A stretch of DNA of 64,000 nt. Source: Ranitomeya imitator. Taxonomy: Eukaryota. The stretch's first letter is position 1. Each line of letters begins with the position of its first letter. The translations under genes and the position numbers were made by a program. Below, piece after piece: positions 25,445 to 38,280 of the stretch. The DNA is taken from NCBI RefSeq assembly GCF_032444005.1, contig NC_091291.1:101060001-101124000 (forward strand), read 5' to 3'. Under the pieces are notes generated by a model. That model saw only the letters and a list, made by a program, of their open reading frames with translations. It searched no databases and was not told the DNA's origin.

Positions 25445-27903
25445 TGGAGATGAACAAACTTGTTCACCATTCGGATTCGTGTTTGGATTCCTGACCATTT
25501 TCCCTCAAAGTGTGCAAAATTCAGAGCAGTTTAGTAAATGATCACATGTCCACTAATGGTTTTGTTAGGACTAGGATAATGGTGCAGTATGATGAGCAGG
25601 AGGGACGTTTTTTATGAGGGGATGGGGAGGGGTCAGAGGAGCAGTGGACTGTTATTTATTTTTTTTAAGTAACTTAATGTGTGGAGATTCCGGCTGACAA
25701 TCAAGGCGCAGAAACCATCCACAACATCCAAACACAAGGGCTTCTGTCATTGGCTGCTGAAGTCACATGTCCCTCTCCATATAAAAAGTGAACATATTGT
25801 TTTGGTGACACCATTTTGAGAATGTAACTGCGCAGAGAGGCTGCTCCTGCTGCAATTTGTGAGATAGTTAGATAAGCGGTTTATCGTCAGATACTTCAGC
25901 TAGATAGGATCCTGTGTGAAATCGACCTTCCAGCATCTAACTAGTTTGTGATAACAGTGTTGTGCAGGCACAGACCACATTTCCTAATCAAAATCGTTTG
26001 GGCTAATACTGTGGTGCAGGCATCAGGCCACATTGTCTAAGCAAAATCGTTTGGGCAAATACTTTTGTGCAGGCACCAGGCCACGTTTCCTAATCAAAAT
26101 TGTTTGGGCCAATACTGTGGTGCAGGCACCAGGCCACATTGTCTAATCAAAATCGTTTGGACTAATACTTTTGTGCAGGTACCAGGCCACATTTCCTAAT
26201 CAAAATCGCTTGGGCTAATACTGTGGTGCAGTCACCAGGCCACATTTCCTAATCAGAATTGTTTGGGCTAGTACTGTGGTGCAGGCACCAGGCCACATTT
26301 CCTGATCAAAATCGTTTGGACTAGTATTTTTGTGCAGGCACCAGGCCACATTTCCTAATCAAAATCATTTGGGTTGATACTGTGATGCAGGAACCAGGCC
26401 ACATTTCCTAATCAAGATCTTTGGGCTAATATTATTTTGCAGGCACCAGGCCACATTTCCTTATCAAAATCTTTGTACTAATATTGTTGTGTAGGCAACA
26501 GACCACGTTTCCTAATCAAAATCGTTTTAGCTAATACTGTGGTGCAGTATTAGCAGCAGCAGCAGTGTAAGTGGTAGAAGTAATTTCTGTGAGTCCGTTT
26601 CACACATTTTTTTTTATACCAGCCCATGCACCAGCAGAACAGAGTACAAGTCTGACATGTTTTCATCAACTGGAGAGGATGGTGTAGGAGTATCTTGAGC
26701 TCAATATCAATGCCATCAGTAGGGTTTGGATCCTTATGCATCCAGCTGTCCCCTGAAAGTGTAGACCACCTAACTTTCATCAAAATAAACAAGTCATGAA
26801 TCTCCAATGACTTTTGCACCCCAGTCGCAGACTAGGCAGTGGTGTAGTTTTTAGTGTGATACACTGATCTTGCATTATTGAGTCTGTGACACCTTTGTTG
26901 TGGCTGCTGTTGCTACTGCTGCTGATGCTGCAAACATTTTTTTGAAATGTGGAGATTCCAAGTTGGGTCTCCATCTTGTGACTTGCCTGTAGTAGAAGGT
27001 GTTTTAGAGCCCAATTATACTATTTCTACTCTGGGAAAATTGATGCCACTTTAGTGGTGTGTGGCAATCATTTTTGGAAATGTGGAGAATCCAAGTTGGG
27101 TCTCCATCTGCTGGGTTACCTGTAGTGGAAGAGGTATTTCGACTTTGGCGAAATTGATGCCACTTTAGTGGTGTGGGACAATAATTTTTTTAAATGTTTG
27201 GACTCCAAGTTGGGTCTTAGTTGCCTGTAGCAGTAGGGTTCCCAGATCAGCAGGACTGCACTTACTTTCAGTCAATTACCTGTGCTACTATCCATAAAGG
27301 TTTCTGACAATAGTAGTCTACAAAGCTGATAATTGTGCCACCTGAGGCTGAGCAGAAGAACAATTTGAGCTGTTGCATGAGGTATCACGGTTCCCAGCAC
27401 AGCCGGTCTACACTGGTCCCTCACCCACCTCGTCTCAATTTAAACTTAAGTTCAAAGCTGTAAATTCTTGCCCAGACCCTGATATCTCATGCATGGCCTA
27501 TGGCTAACTGCTCCTGTGCTGTTATCAAATTTCTACTGTGGGTCAATTGATGCCCCTTTTCATGATGTCTGCCCCTAATTTTTGCAAATGTTTGGACTCC
27601 AAGTTGGGTCTCCTTCATGTGTGCAGCTTGAATTTTGCAGGCCTGATCAATGTTTCAGCTGGAAATGCTGGCCCAGGCCCTGTCCCATGCATCCATCCTG
27701 CACATTTATACTATTTGTACTCTGGGTCAATTGATGCCACTTTTCCTGGTGTCTGCCCATAATTTGAGCTGTTCTGGCAGCTTTTTGCCCCCCTCTCCCC
27801 CTGAAGGTTTTTTTTCTATGTGCTTTGTTTTGCCTCCCATTGAATTCAATGGGGTTTTTTGTATGTTCGGCCAAACGAACCTTGAAAGGTTCGCTCATCT
27901 CTA
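25445..27903 (+). mobile_element. Non-autonomous hAT element with transposase C-terminal remnant
   Basis: 8-bp TSD CTAGAGAT (25437-25444, 27904-27911); TIR TAGAGATGAGCGAAC with a degenerate left copy; IQLSPESVDHLTFIKINKS at 26740-26796 resembles the hAT dimerisation domain. Confidence 0.75.
25950..26550. repeat. ~53-bp minisatellite inside the hAT element
   Basis: Tandem GCACCAGGCCACATTTCCTAATCAAAATCGTTTGGGCTAATACTGTGGTGCA units. Confidence 0.9.
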
Positions 27904-27916
27904 CTAGAGATCTTAA

Positions 27917-28850
27917 AGGGCCACTGTCACCCCCCTGCAGCCGTTATAAACTAAAAGAGCCACCTTGTGCAGCAGTAATGCTGCATTCTAACAAGGTGGC
28001 TCTTTTAGTTTTGTGTTCAGGTATTACTAAAATAAAGCAGTTTGAAACTTTGCAAAAATACCTGTCTTTGTCCACGGAGGCGGGTCTGAAGCCTCCTCTG
28101 TGAAGCGCCCAACTGCCGTCACTCATCTCTTCTGGGCGATGTTCGCCGCCCCCTCCGCGCTGTTTTCTTTTCAAATCCGGCGCTGGCGCTGTGTAAATAT
28201 TTGTGGGGCAGGCGCACTAAGCTCTGGCGGTCTGACGTCCCAGCCAGGCTTGCAGACTGCGCCTGTGCTGGCAGTGCGGCCACCCACCTCGGTAATCCCT
28301 GCCCCGCACTGTGTTATGCATTATGCACAGTGCGGGGCTGGGATTCCTGGGCATGCACACTGCGTGTGTCAGCCACTCACTCAGGTCCCCCCGCTGACAC
28401 ACGCAGTGCGCATGCCCAAAAATCCCAGCCCCGCACTGTGCATAATGCATAACACAGTGCGGGGCAGGGATTACCGAGGTGGGTGGCCGCACTGCCAGCA
28501 CAGGCGCAGTCTGCAAGCCTGGCTGGGACGTCAGACCGCCAGAGCTTACTGCGCCTGCCCCACAAATATTTACACAGCGCCGGCGCCGGATTTGAAAAGA
28601 AAACAGCGCTGAGGGGGCGGCGAACATCGCCCCAGAAGAGATGAGTGACGGCAGTTGGGCACTTCACAGAGGAGGCTTCAGACCCGCCTCCGTGGACAAA
28701 GACAGGTATTTTTGCAAAGTTTCAAACTGCTTTATTTTTGTAATACCAGAACACAAAACTAAAAGAGCCACATTGTTAGAATGCAGCATTACTGATGCAC
28801 AAGGTGGCTCTTCTAATTTATAACGGCTGCAGGGGGGTGACAGTGGCCCT
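27917..28850. mobile_element. 934-bp fold-back T2/Kolobok-type MITE (near-perfect palindrome, centre about 28385)
   Basis: TTAA TSD at 27913-27916 and 28851-28854; AGGGCCACTGTCA termini; arms complementary along their length. Confidence 0.9.
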
Positions 28851-29330
28851 TTAATTTTCTGTGGAGTGAGTTTGTATAATGCTCAGACAGTTCTCATGAA
28901 ATTAACCTCCCAAAACCCAATTAATCACCCTAAAGCAGGCTCAATACAATACCCACTTATCCAAATGAAGCCTCGGAAATCACATATTTATATGCAAATG
29001 AAGTGATGTAATAGATTGAACACAAGGATAGAAAACTGGCATGAATGGGGGGCCATGGGCCAGAGACCCTCAGTGATAATCCAATTAGGCAATTGTGATC
29101 CCAACTTCCTCTTGTGCGCGATTTATTACTGTCATCATCAAGCGGCTCACATGTTCCTCAGAAAAACATTGCGATGATGTATTATATTTAGTGATGAGCG
29201 AATATACTCGTTACTTGAGATTTCTTGAGCATGCTCGGGGGTCCTCTGAGTATTTTTTAGTGCTCGGAGATTTAGTTTTCATCGCCGCCGCTGAATGATT
29301 TACTGTACATCTGTTAGCCAGCAAAAGCAA

Positions 29331-29378
<48 letters not shown>

Positions 29379-30383
29379 TGACTAGTAGTATCCTTTTTTT
29401 TTTATGGATAGCACTCGTCCCATATTATTCAACGAGGCTGTGCACGTGTCTGATTTTTTTCCTCTCACCGTGTGGTCCGAGAAAAAAAAACGCAGCATTC
29501 TTGATTTGACAATCAGATTGCACCATTCAAGTCTATAGGGCAGTGGAATACATCAGACCACCCTCGGATGACATCTGAGTGCATTGCGATTTTCACGGAC
29601 AGACTGAATGAAGAAGGTGCAGAAACGTTTTTTTTATTTTCTACACCTGCAAGAAAGTCAGATCACACTATGATCTAACTCTGATCAGAGTGTGATTAAC
29701 ATAACTGGTCCGATTTTCTTGGATGAGAGAAAAACAGTCATGCGACCCTAGCCTTGGGGTGGCAGTATCAAATGTAAAAAAATTATAAAATAGAAAGGCT
29801 CACATCACCTTCTGACTTTTCTCGAAACATAAATAAAAAACTAAAAAAAAAAGAACACATGGTATCGTTGAGTGCAAGGCTCTCCTAAATAATAAGATAT
29901 TATCATATATTTTCCAATACTCAACTCCAAAATGAGAAAATTAATATGTAAGTGGTCGCCTCCCCAAAAATTGGACCTCGAAGAGCAATAAGAGGGGCCC
30001 ACTAGGACTGTGTCTCCCCAAGGGCCTGGATAAACCTGGACTGGGTAAGATTTTTGCTAATTACAGTTATATGTTGTATACTCACCCATGAAGACAAAGG
30101 CACAATGTAATAGATGATGACAACTGTCACGCGGCGGTCTTGGCACAGTGTCCTCTCCTGAGTTTCCCTCCAATGTCAGATATTTGATCCAGTGGATGAA
30201 GCACGTGTCTGGAGGCCACACGAGCCTTTCCCAGAATCTAGTGTATCATTACCAGCCCCGACCCCATTGTCATTCCATCCTCCACCTGCTGCTGAACAGA
30301 GGGTTGTTATCCTGAGGCAGTTCCACAGATAATTTAGCATCTAGTAATTGAAGCCCTCCGTATTGTTTGGGGGGGGTTCCTCG

Positions 30384-30458
30384 ATTGGCTGCCGACTGTG
30401 GGAAACTTCACAGAGCTCAGGACTCACAGATTCAGCTGCTGATATGCACTTATAAATA
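30384..30458 (+). promoter_or_regulatory. hes5-C promoter: ATTGG 30384-30388, RBPJ TGTGGGAA 30397-30404, cryptic GACTCACA 30421-30428, TATAAATA 30451-30458
   Basis: Same spacing as the A/B/D promoters. Confidence 0.8.
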
Positions 30459-30533
30459 GGAGATGGTCTCACATCTGCCACAAGGAGAATTATCAGTCAT
30501 CAGAGATATATCTGTAAGACCAGTGCATTAAAA

Positions 30534-33500
30534 ATGGCGCCCACCGGCACGTCTGCAGAGTCTTGCAATAATGGTCAAAAGTGCAAAAATGCCTTCAGGG
30601 TAGGTATTAGGTGATGTAAAAAAAAATCTTAAACTCACAACATAACTTGTGGATGGAATGGTCCTGTCCATTAGAGCTAGCAATCGATATATGTGTCAAT
30701 CAGGGCTTAATCGATTTTATGTATTTATTTTTTTACAGCAACTGAGAAAACCGGAGGTGGAAAAGCTGAGACGAGACAGAATTAACAGCAGCATTAGACA
30801 ACTTAGATTGCTGCTGGAGAGTGAATTTCAGAGCCATGAGCCTAACACCAAACTGGAGAAAGCCGACATTCTGGAGATGACAGTCAGTTATTTGAAAAAG
30901 CGCCACATGCTGGTGAATGGTAAGTACTGCACTGCGCACTCTTACGGTAATGGTGTAAAGTGTTCATTTATCCACTGGCGGAATCCTATCTATGTGAGGT
31001 GCATAAGTAATAGTTAGACATGAGCATTATTCGGAAAGGGGCCCAAGGGCTTCCCGCTAAGAAGACTCCGGTATTATAGAGGGCACATGTTAGGCAAAAA
31101 CACTATTATAGATTTTCAGTTGCTTCAGGTTATATCAAATTGTCAGATATGAAGCCTAGGACTGTTTTATGAAGGTTGCACTTGCATCAGGCTACCACTA
31201 TCTGGAGGTCCGGGCTATCCTTAGCTGCATAGGATGCCCATTTTATGACACCATTTATCGATCAGGATCATAGGTTCCTAATATAAGTGGGATCTGATAG
31301 GTGCCAGATTACGAAATGCTCCTGATTATCAGATGTTGGATTATTAGAATTTTGTTTAATTGACTGGAGGTTCGTGATTTTCTCAGGTGCATTGCATTGG
31401 ATACAGCCTTCGTTTGTCATTTCACAGTAAAAGCTTTATCTACAATCGTCCGGAATTATCTAAATTTATCTGAATTAATTAATCACCAATCTTAATATCT
31501 GGAACAAACATATCATTGGTACAAACTGTGCAGGCACCAGGGGCCCAAGACACAAGGGGGCCCACTTCTACCTCCAAGCCAGCAAATAGCTTCTATCACA
31601 GACACGTAAAGGGGTGAATGATGATGCGTTTTGGAATGCAAAGGGCCACAGACTTGAACAGGGGCCATTTTAGCCCAGGTCAGCCCATGCTTATTAAACT
31701 ATTCATTGGTCCAAGTATGCATGTACCTGATAGTTGCCATTGATGGACCTGATAACTTTCATATTATGAAACATTTCAGATCAGATGTCAGAATCATGGA
31801 TTTCTATGGTGCACTGTAATCATAGTGCTAAAAGTATTTGGCTCCCCTTGACCAATGCTCAAAAGCAGGGCTCCCCAACCTGTAGCTCGGGAGCCACATG
31901 TGGCTCGCGGCCCCATGAATTGTGGCTCGCGACTGTCTGTCAGCTTGATGCATTAGGTCCAAGTCTAGCAAACAGGTATGAAAAGCACATCTCAAAAGGG
32001 TGAATTTTGTGAGTAGCCCTGCACAGAAGATCAGATCTGGATGCACATTTACTGGTCTTAGGGGTTTAGAGATGTTTTAGGTATGGTACGCTGGAGGTTT
32101 GTACTACCTGTTAGAAGAGGTGCTCAAAGCTGGATGTGACAATGTGTTGGGAGAATACTGAATGGGGATATTGTGGGAACCCCTGGATCTCAGTGTACTG
32201 CTCTGGAGTGATTTCTGTGGAAAAGCTTTGGTTATCATTATACCTGTAATGGGGGCTTTGGTTGACACTACTTTGAAGGGGGTGGGAGCTGGATGTGGCT
32301 CGCGACCCTCTCGCTAAGCTGAATGTCTCAACTGAGTTAGATTGATTGCTAACGAGCTTTAACACAAAAAAAAAAAAAAAAAAGAGATCTAAGGGCTAGC
32401 CTTCTATAAATGTAGATGTAGCTTGGGGATGCATTCGTGCACTGTTATTCGTGTATTTTTTATTCAAAGTACTTTTTTTTCTAAGTACTCGGCAGTTATA
32501 ACATGGCAGTTAGACAGGGCAGGAGACAGGTAAGAAAAACTAAATCTAAACCATATTCACTTGAAACAGCACAAATACTCACCATATTTATTTGTATAAT
32601 CTATATTCTGGCTGCTGCATTCACTCACATTCACCGCCCTCGCATTAACTCTCTACACTCCATCCATATCGGCCCCTCTGTCCTTGCCTCTCCTATGTAT
32701 AGCACTCATGCTCTGTTCACATTGCTTAACAGCACAGATCCATTCAGTCCCAACATCCAACACAAGAGACGCTCTCACAAATCACTTAACCATCTGCTCA
32801 CTCTTTCGATCCTCCTTCTCCTAGTCGCTGGAGACATTTCGCCAAACCCCGGCCCCCCCATGTTATAGCCAGTCAAACCTCCCAATTGCTACACCCAGAA
32901 ACCCCTCTAACCTTATTAATATTCCCTGCATGCCTGCTGTCTCTTTCAATTGTGCCCTTTGGAATTCTCGCTCTGTGTGTAATAAACTCTCCTTCATTCA
33001 TGACTTCTTCCTTTCTAATTCTCTTAATCTCCTGGCTCTAACTGAAACCTGGATCCAGCAGTCAGACACCACCGCTGCTGCTGCTCTTTCATATGGTGGA
33101 CTACACTTTTCTCATACCCCAAGATCAGACAACAGAGCAGGTGGAGGCGTTGGTCTGCTCCTTTCACCCAAATGTACTTTCCAAGTTATCCCCCAAGTAC
33201 CCTCACTTGTCTTCCCTTCCTTTGAGGTCCATGTGGTCAGACTCTACGTCCCCTTCTCCATGCGAGTGGCGGTGGTGTATCGTCCTCCCGGCCCCTCTCA
33301 TCAGTTCCTGGATCACTTTGCCACCTGGCTTCCACACTTTCTCTCCTGTGACACCCCCACCCTTATCATGGGTGATTTCAACATCCCCATTGCCTCTCCC
33401 CTCTCCCCATCTGCTTCTCACCTTTTATCTCTATCCTCCTCTTTTGGCCTCTCGCAGCATACTAACTCTCCAACACATGAAGATGGAAACTCCCTTGACT

Positions 33501-36500
33501 TGGTCTTCTCCCGACTTTGCTCAGTGGATGACTTCACAAACTCCCCTCTCCCGCTCTCTGACCACAACCTTCTTTCATTCTCTATCAAGAACTGCCATTC
33601 TGCTCAGGTCACCCCCACTTTCCACACCTATAGAAACATACAGGCCATTAACACCCAGAAACTTATGATGAACTTGCAGTCCTCATTGGCCCCTATTTCC
33701 TCCATCTCATGTCCTGATTCTGCATTGAAGCATTACAATGAAACCCTGCAAAGTGCTCTGGATGAAGCTGCTCCTCCTATACATAAAACAACTCGGCACA
33801 GACGGCAACAACCGTGGCACACGCTGCAAACACGTTTCCTGCAGCGGTGCTCCAAGTGCGCAGAACGTCTGTGGAGAAAATCTAATCTACCCGAAGATTT
33901 CATCCATTATAAGTTCATGCTAAAGACATACAATTCTGCCCTTCACCTCTCCAAACAAACCTATTTCAACACCCTCATCACCTCCCTGTCCAATAACCCT
34001 AAACGTCTCTTTGACACGTTCCAGTCCCTACTCAACCCAAGAGAGCAGGCCCCAACAACGGATCTCCGTGCTGACGATCTGGCCAATTACTTCAAAGAAA
34101 AAATTGACCACATTCGACAGGAAATCATCTCCCAATCTCTTCATACCATGCACTGTCCTCCCTCCCCCACTGCATCTAGTTCACTCTCTGACTTTGAAGC
34201 AGTTACAGAAGAAGAAGTAAGCAGGCTCCTTGCATCTTCTCGCCCGACCACTTGCACCAGTGACCCCATTCCGTCACATCTCCTCCAGTCCCTTTCCCCG
34301 GCTATCACCTCTCACCTAACAAAAATATTCAACCTTTCCCTCACTTCCGGTATTTTTCCCTCCTCATTTAAGCATGCCATCATACATCCATTACTTAAAA
34401 AACCATCCCTCGATCAAAACTGTGCCGCTAATTATAGACCTGTCTCTAATCTTCCCTTCATCTCTAAACTCCTCGAACGCCTGGTCCACTCCCGTCTTAC
34501 CCGCTATCTCTCAGATAACTCTCTTCTCGACCCTCTTCAATCTGGCTTCCGCTCTTTACACTCTACTGAAACTGCCCTCATTAAAGTCTCTAATGACCTA
34601 CTAACAGCTAAATCTAATGGTCACTACTCCATGCTAATTCTCTTGGATCTCTCTGCAGCATTCGACACTGTGGATCATCAGCTCCTCCTCACTATGCTCC
34701 GCTCCATCGGCCTCAAGGACACCGTTCTCTCCTGGTTCTCCTCCTATCTCTCTGACCGATCCTTCACTGTATGTTTTGCTGGTTCCTCCTCCTCTCACCT
34801 TCCCCTTACTGTTGGGGTTCCTCAAGGATCAGTCCTAGGCCCCCTACTCTTCTCGTTGTATACTGCCCCTATTGGACAAACAATCAGTAGATTTGGTTTC
34901 CAGTACCATCTCTATGCTGACGACACCCAATTATACACTTCTGCTCCCGATATCACACCGACCTTTTTAGAAAACACCAGTGATTGTCTTACCGCTGTCT
35001 CTAACATCATGTCCTCCCTCTATCTGAAACTAAACCTGTCAAAAACTGAACTCCTCGTGTTCTCTCCCTCTACTAACCTACCTTTGCCTGACATTGCCAT
35101 CTCCGTGTGCGGTTCCACCATTACTCCAAAGCAACATGCCCGCTGCCTTGGGGTCATCCTTGATTCTGACCTTTCATTCACCCCCTACATCCGATCACTG
35201 GCTCGCTCTTCTTACCTGCATCTCAAAAACATTTCTAGAATTCGCCCTTTTCTTAATTTCGACTCTGCAAAAACTCTGACTGTTTCACTTATTCATTCTC
35301 GTCTGGACTATTGTAACTCTCTACTAATCGGTCTCCCTCTTGCAAAACTCTCCCCGCTCCAATCTGTCCTGAATGCTGCAGCCAGGATCATATTCCTCAC
35401 CAACCGTTACACCGATGCCTCTACCCTGTGCCAGTCATTACACTGGCTACCCATCCACTCCAGAATCCAGTACAAAACTACTACCCTCATCCACAAAGCA
35501 CTCCATGGCTCAGCACCACCCTACATCTCCTCCCTGGTATCAGTCTACCACCCTACCCGTGCCCTCCGCTCCGCTAATGACCTCAGGTTAGCATCCTCAA
35601 TAATCAGAACCTCCCACTCCCGTCTCCAAGACTTTACACGTGCTGCGCCGATTCTTTGGAATGCACTACCTAGGTTAATACGATTAATCCCCAATCCCCA
35701 CAGTTTTAAGCGTGCCCTAAAAACTCATTTGTTCAGACTGGCCTACCGCCTCAATGCATTAACCTAACGATCCCTGTGTGGCCTATTTATAATAAAAAAA
35801 AAAAAAAAAAGGTTCCTCGCATCATGTTCTCATACACTTTATGCAGTATTAGCCCTCTGTGTCTGTACTGCTACATACTTAGGCAGGTAACTGGTTCATG
35901 CAGCTTTACATGAACACCTGAGCCTTACACTATAGCTGGTCCGAATAACTAAAGCAATTGTTACCATCCACCTCTCGTGTCTCCCCTTTTCCCCATAGTT
36001 TGTAAGCTTGCGAGCAGGGCCCTCACTCCTCCTGGTATCTGTTTTGAACTGTATTTCTGTTATGCTGTAATGTCTATTGTCTGTACAAGTCCCCTCTATA
36101 ATTTGTAAAGCGCTGCGGAATATGTTGGCGCTATATAAATAAAATTATTATTATTATTATTAGAATGTGGCTCTCAAGGTCAGAAAGGTTGGGGACCACT
36201 GCTCAAAAGTATGGCTGCTGGTGCTTCTTCCACCCCTGATATTGGTGTCATGTGGCCTGCCCTACTGTAACCACATAGGGGTAGCACCTGGGGAAACTAC
36301 GAACACTGCCTTTAAGAAATTGTGCATAATTATTATTTTATCTTACGGTACTGTATAGTCTTTGCCCATGTGAATGTAAAGGATGTTGATTTTTACATAT
36401 TTTTTTGTTTTATATTTTTTTTCTTCCTATATAGCAACATCAAGCTCTACAAAAAAAACTTTCCAAGGCTACAGCCAATGTCTACAGGAGACTTTGCACT

Positions 36501-36649
36501 ATCTATCGTATCCCAGGAAAATGGACCAGGCCAATGAAAAAGTCATGCAGTATTTCAGCAGAAGCTACATAATGGGCAGCGAAGCACCTGGTGCATCACC
36601 GACCAACTCAGAGCGGACCCTGAAACATGTCATCTGGAGACCATGGTAA
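30534..36649 (+). CDS. hes5: HES5-like repressor (gene C), 153 aa; exons 30534-30599, 30739-30919, 36435-36649
   Basis: GT-AG junctions in phase; [22 protein letters not shown] / [22 protein letters not shown]...[10 protein letters not shown] / [14 protein letters not shown]...VIWRPW-stop. Confidence 0.92.
32503..32868 (+). CDS. L2 leader ORF ending in a 2A-like StopGo motif ([15 protein letters not shown], 32830-32856)
   Basis: Resembles the D(V/I)ExNPGP motif; removing one C from the C7 run at 32853-32859 fuses it in frame to ORF2. Confidence 0.75.
   Translation: MAVRQGRRQVRKTKSKPYSLETAQILTIFICIIYILAAAFTHIHRPRINSLHSIHIGPSVLASPMYSTHALFTLLNSTDPFSPNIQHKRRSHKSLNHLLTLSILLLLVAGDISPNPGPPML
32930..35767 (+). 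CDS. L2 ORF2: apurinic endonuclease plus reverse transcriptase, 945 aa, no stops
   Basis: LWNSRSV, LTETW, GDFNI, SDH (APE); [43 protein letters not shown] (RT). Confidence 0.95.
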   Translation: MPAVSFNCALWNSRSVCNKLSFIHDFFLSNSLNLLALTETWIQQSDTTAAAALSYGGLHFSHTPRSDNRAGGGVGLLLSPKCTFQVIPQVPSLVFPSFEVHVVRLYVPFSMRVAVVYRPPGPSHQFLDHFATWLPHFLSCDTPTLIMGDFNIPIASPLSPSASHLLSLSSSFGLSQHTNSPTHEDGNSLDLVFSRLCSVDDFTNSPLPLSDHNLLSFSIKNCHSAQVTPTFHTYRNIQAINTQKLMMNLQSSLAPISSISCPDSALKHYNETLQSALDEAAPPIHKTTRHRRQQPWHTLQTRFLQRCSKCAERLWRKSNLPEDFIHYKFMLKTYNSALHLSKQTYFNTLITSLSNNPKRLFDTFQSLLNPREQAPTTDLRADDLANYFKEKIDHIRQEIISQSLHTMHCPPSPTASSSLSDFEAVTEEEVSRLLASSRPTTCTSDPIPSHLLQSLSPAITSHLTKIFNLSLTSGIFPSSFKHAIIHPLLKKPSLDQNCAANYRPVSNLPFISKLLERLVHSRLTRYLSDNSLLDPLQSGFRSLHSTETALIKVSNDLLTAKSNGHYSMLILLDLSAAFDTVDHQLLLTMLRSIGLKDTVLSWFSSYLSDRSFTVCFAGSSSSHLPLTVGVPQGSVLGPLLFSLYTAPIGQTISRFGFQYHLYADDTQLYTSAPDITPTFLENTSDCLTAVSNIMSSLYLKLNLSKTELLVFSPSTNLPLPDIAISVCGSTITPKQHARCLGVILDSDLSFTPYIRSLARSSYLHLKNISRIRPFLNFDSAKTLTVSLIHSRLDYCNSLLIGLPLAKLSPLQSVLNAAARIIFLTNRYTDASTLCQSLHWLPIHSRIQYKTTTLIHKALHGSAPPYISSLVSVYHPTRALRSANDLRLASSIIRTSHSRLQDFTRAAPILWNALPRLIRLIPNPHSFKRALKTHLFRLAYRLNALT

Positions 36650-37201
36650 AGGACTGTGATGCTTTGTCATACAGACTTGTATTTCACCCTCTGTCAGCTA
36701 CTTTTCACTCTCTGTCACCTATGGACTTGGTGACATTACTAATACCAGGGGCCAATTCAACTCATGTGTCCCATAGTAGAAAAGGTTTTTTTTTAACCAA
36801 TAGTTGCTTCATGTTGAAGTTATAAATATTATTTCCCATAAAGTTAGCAAGCACCTTCTATCTATATTGTACATAAGAAGGTTTTATAACAACTAATAAT
36901 GCATGTGGAAAGAACTGGATACTATATGTAGATATTATATTTGAAAGATAATAAAACAATTATATTTTACATCACAAAATCTGTTGACCTTGTAATTCAA
37001 GTTTAATAAAAACAGTATTTGCTGATTATTTTAACAAAGAAAATCAATTATGTAAAACTATGTTCGCAATTCTGATGGTTGCCCTTGGAAACAGACTACA
37101 GTTTAGCTTCAATCTGCTGTCAGACATGTGACCGCACAGTTTGGCTTTACAGTGCTGTGCAAATTAATTGGGACAAAGCAAAAAAATTAAATGTTATAAT
37201 G

Positions 37202-37396
37202 CAGGGATGTCAAACTGCATTCTTCGAGGGCTGCAAACAGGTCATGTTTTCAGGATTTCCTTGTACTGCACAGGTGATAATTTAATCACCAACTCATTAT
37301 TTGTGTAGGTGATTAAATTATCACCTGTGCAGTACAAGGAAATCCTGAAAACATGACCTGTTTGCAGCCCTCGAGGAATGCAGTTTGACACCCCTG
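37202..37396. mobile_element. Palindromic hAT MITE
   Basis: 8-bp TSD TTATAATG; TIR CAGGG(A/G)TGTCAAACTGCATT. Confidence 0.9.
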
Positions 37397-37639
37397 TTAT
37401 AATGCACTATTACATACTAATTCTGAAAATTACCTTGTTCCACTGGCTAGTTGATCAAGATTTATTTATTATATATTAAAACTGGTTTGAATCACTGACT
37501 GGTAACCAACTTACAATTTTACTTAAATTAAATTAATTTGCGCAGCACTGTATCTGTGCAACTGACATCTGAGCAAAGGTGTTTGCAAAGATCATTTTAA
37601 AGTGTAACTGCGGTTTCAGAAGAACTTGCAGCAGAATGT

Positions 37640-38280
37640 CCAAGTCTGCCTCTAGCTCCTCCCTAAAATGTCTGTCGGTCTCTAGCTCCTCCCTAGAATG
37701 TCTGTCTGCCTCTATCTCCTCCCTAGAATGTCTGTGTCTGCCTCTAGCTCCTCCCCAAAATGCCTGTGTTTGCCTCCAGCTCCTCCCTAGAATGTCTGTG
37801 CCTGCCTCTAGCTCCTCCCTAGAATGTCTGTGTCTGCCTCTAGCTCCTCCCTAGAATGTCTATGCCTGCCTGCAGCTCCTCCCCAGAATGCCTGTGTTTG
37901 CCTCCAGCTCCTCCCTAGAATGTCTGTGTCTGCCTCTAGCTCCTCCCTAGAATGTCTATGCCTGCCTGCAGCTCCTCCCCAGAATGCCTGTGTTTGCCTC
38001 CAGCTCCTCCCTAGAATGTCTGTGCCTGCCTCTAGCTCCTCCCTAGAATGTCTGTCTGCCTCTAGCTCCTCCCTAGAATGTCTGTCTGCCTCTATCTCCT
38101 CCCTAGAATGTCTGTGCCTGCCTCCAGCTCCTCCCCAGAATGCCTGTGTTTGCCTCCAGCTCCTCCCCAGAATGCCTGTGTTTGCCTCCAGCTCCTCCCT
38201 AGAATGTCTGTGCCTGCCTCTAGCTCCTCCCTAGAATGTCTGTCTGCCTCTAGCTCCTCCTAGAATGCCTGTGTCTGCCT
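37640..38280. repeat. ~28-32-bp minisatellite (CCTCTAGCTCCTCCCTAGAATGTCTGTGTCTG)
   Basis: About 20 tandem units. Confidence 0.95.

Larger units (their letters stand above)
32327..36162 (+). mobile_element. Young L2-clade non-LTR retrotransposon (3.8 kb), sense to hes5-C
   Basis: TSD GAATGT (32321-32326, 36163-36168); 3' end GCGCTATATAAATAAA(ATT)n; APE and RT ORF. Confidence 0.92.
31866..36201. mobile_element. hAT MITE in hes5-C intron 2, split by the L2 insertion
   Basis: 8-bp TSD CTCAAAAG (31858-31865, 36202-36209); TIR CAG(G/T)G(C/G)TCCCCAACC. Confidence 0.9.

Noticed and set aside
25950-26550. Regularly spaced repeats resembling a CRISPR array (also 57240-58080)
   Set aside because: Contiguous degenerate tandem units without unique spacers, no cas genes, and vertebrate context.
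28100-28823. Mirror-image ORFs on both strands (136-170 aa)
   Set aside because: Consequence of the palindromic MITE; no recognisable protein.
32503-32868. Leader ORF as a conventional L2 ORF1 (gag-like or esterase)
   Set aside because: Only 121 aa, no recognisable RRM, zinc-knuckle or esterase motif; better explained as the 2A-bearing N-terminus of a single ORF.
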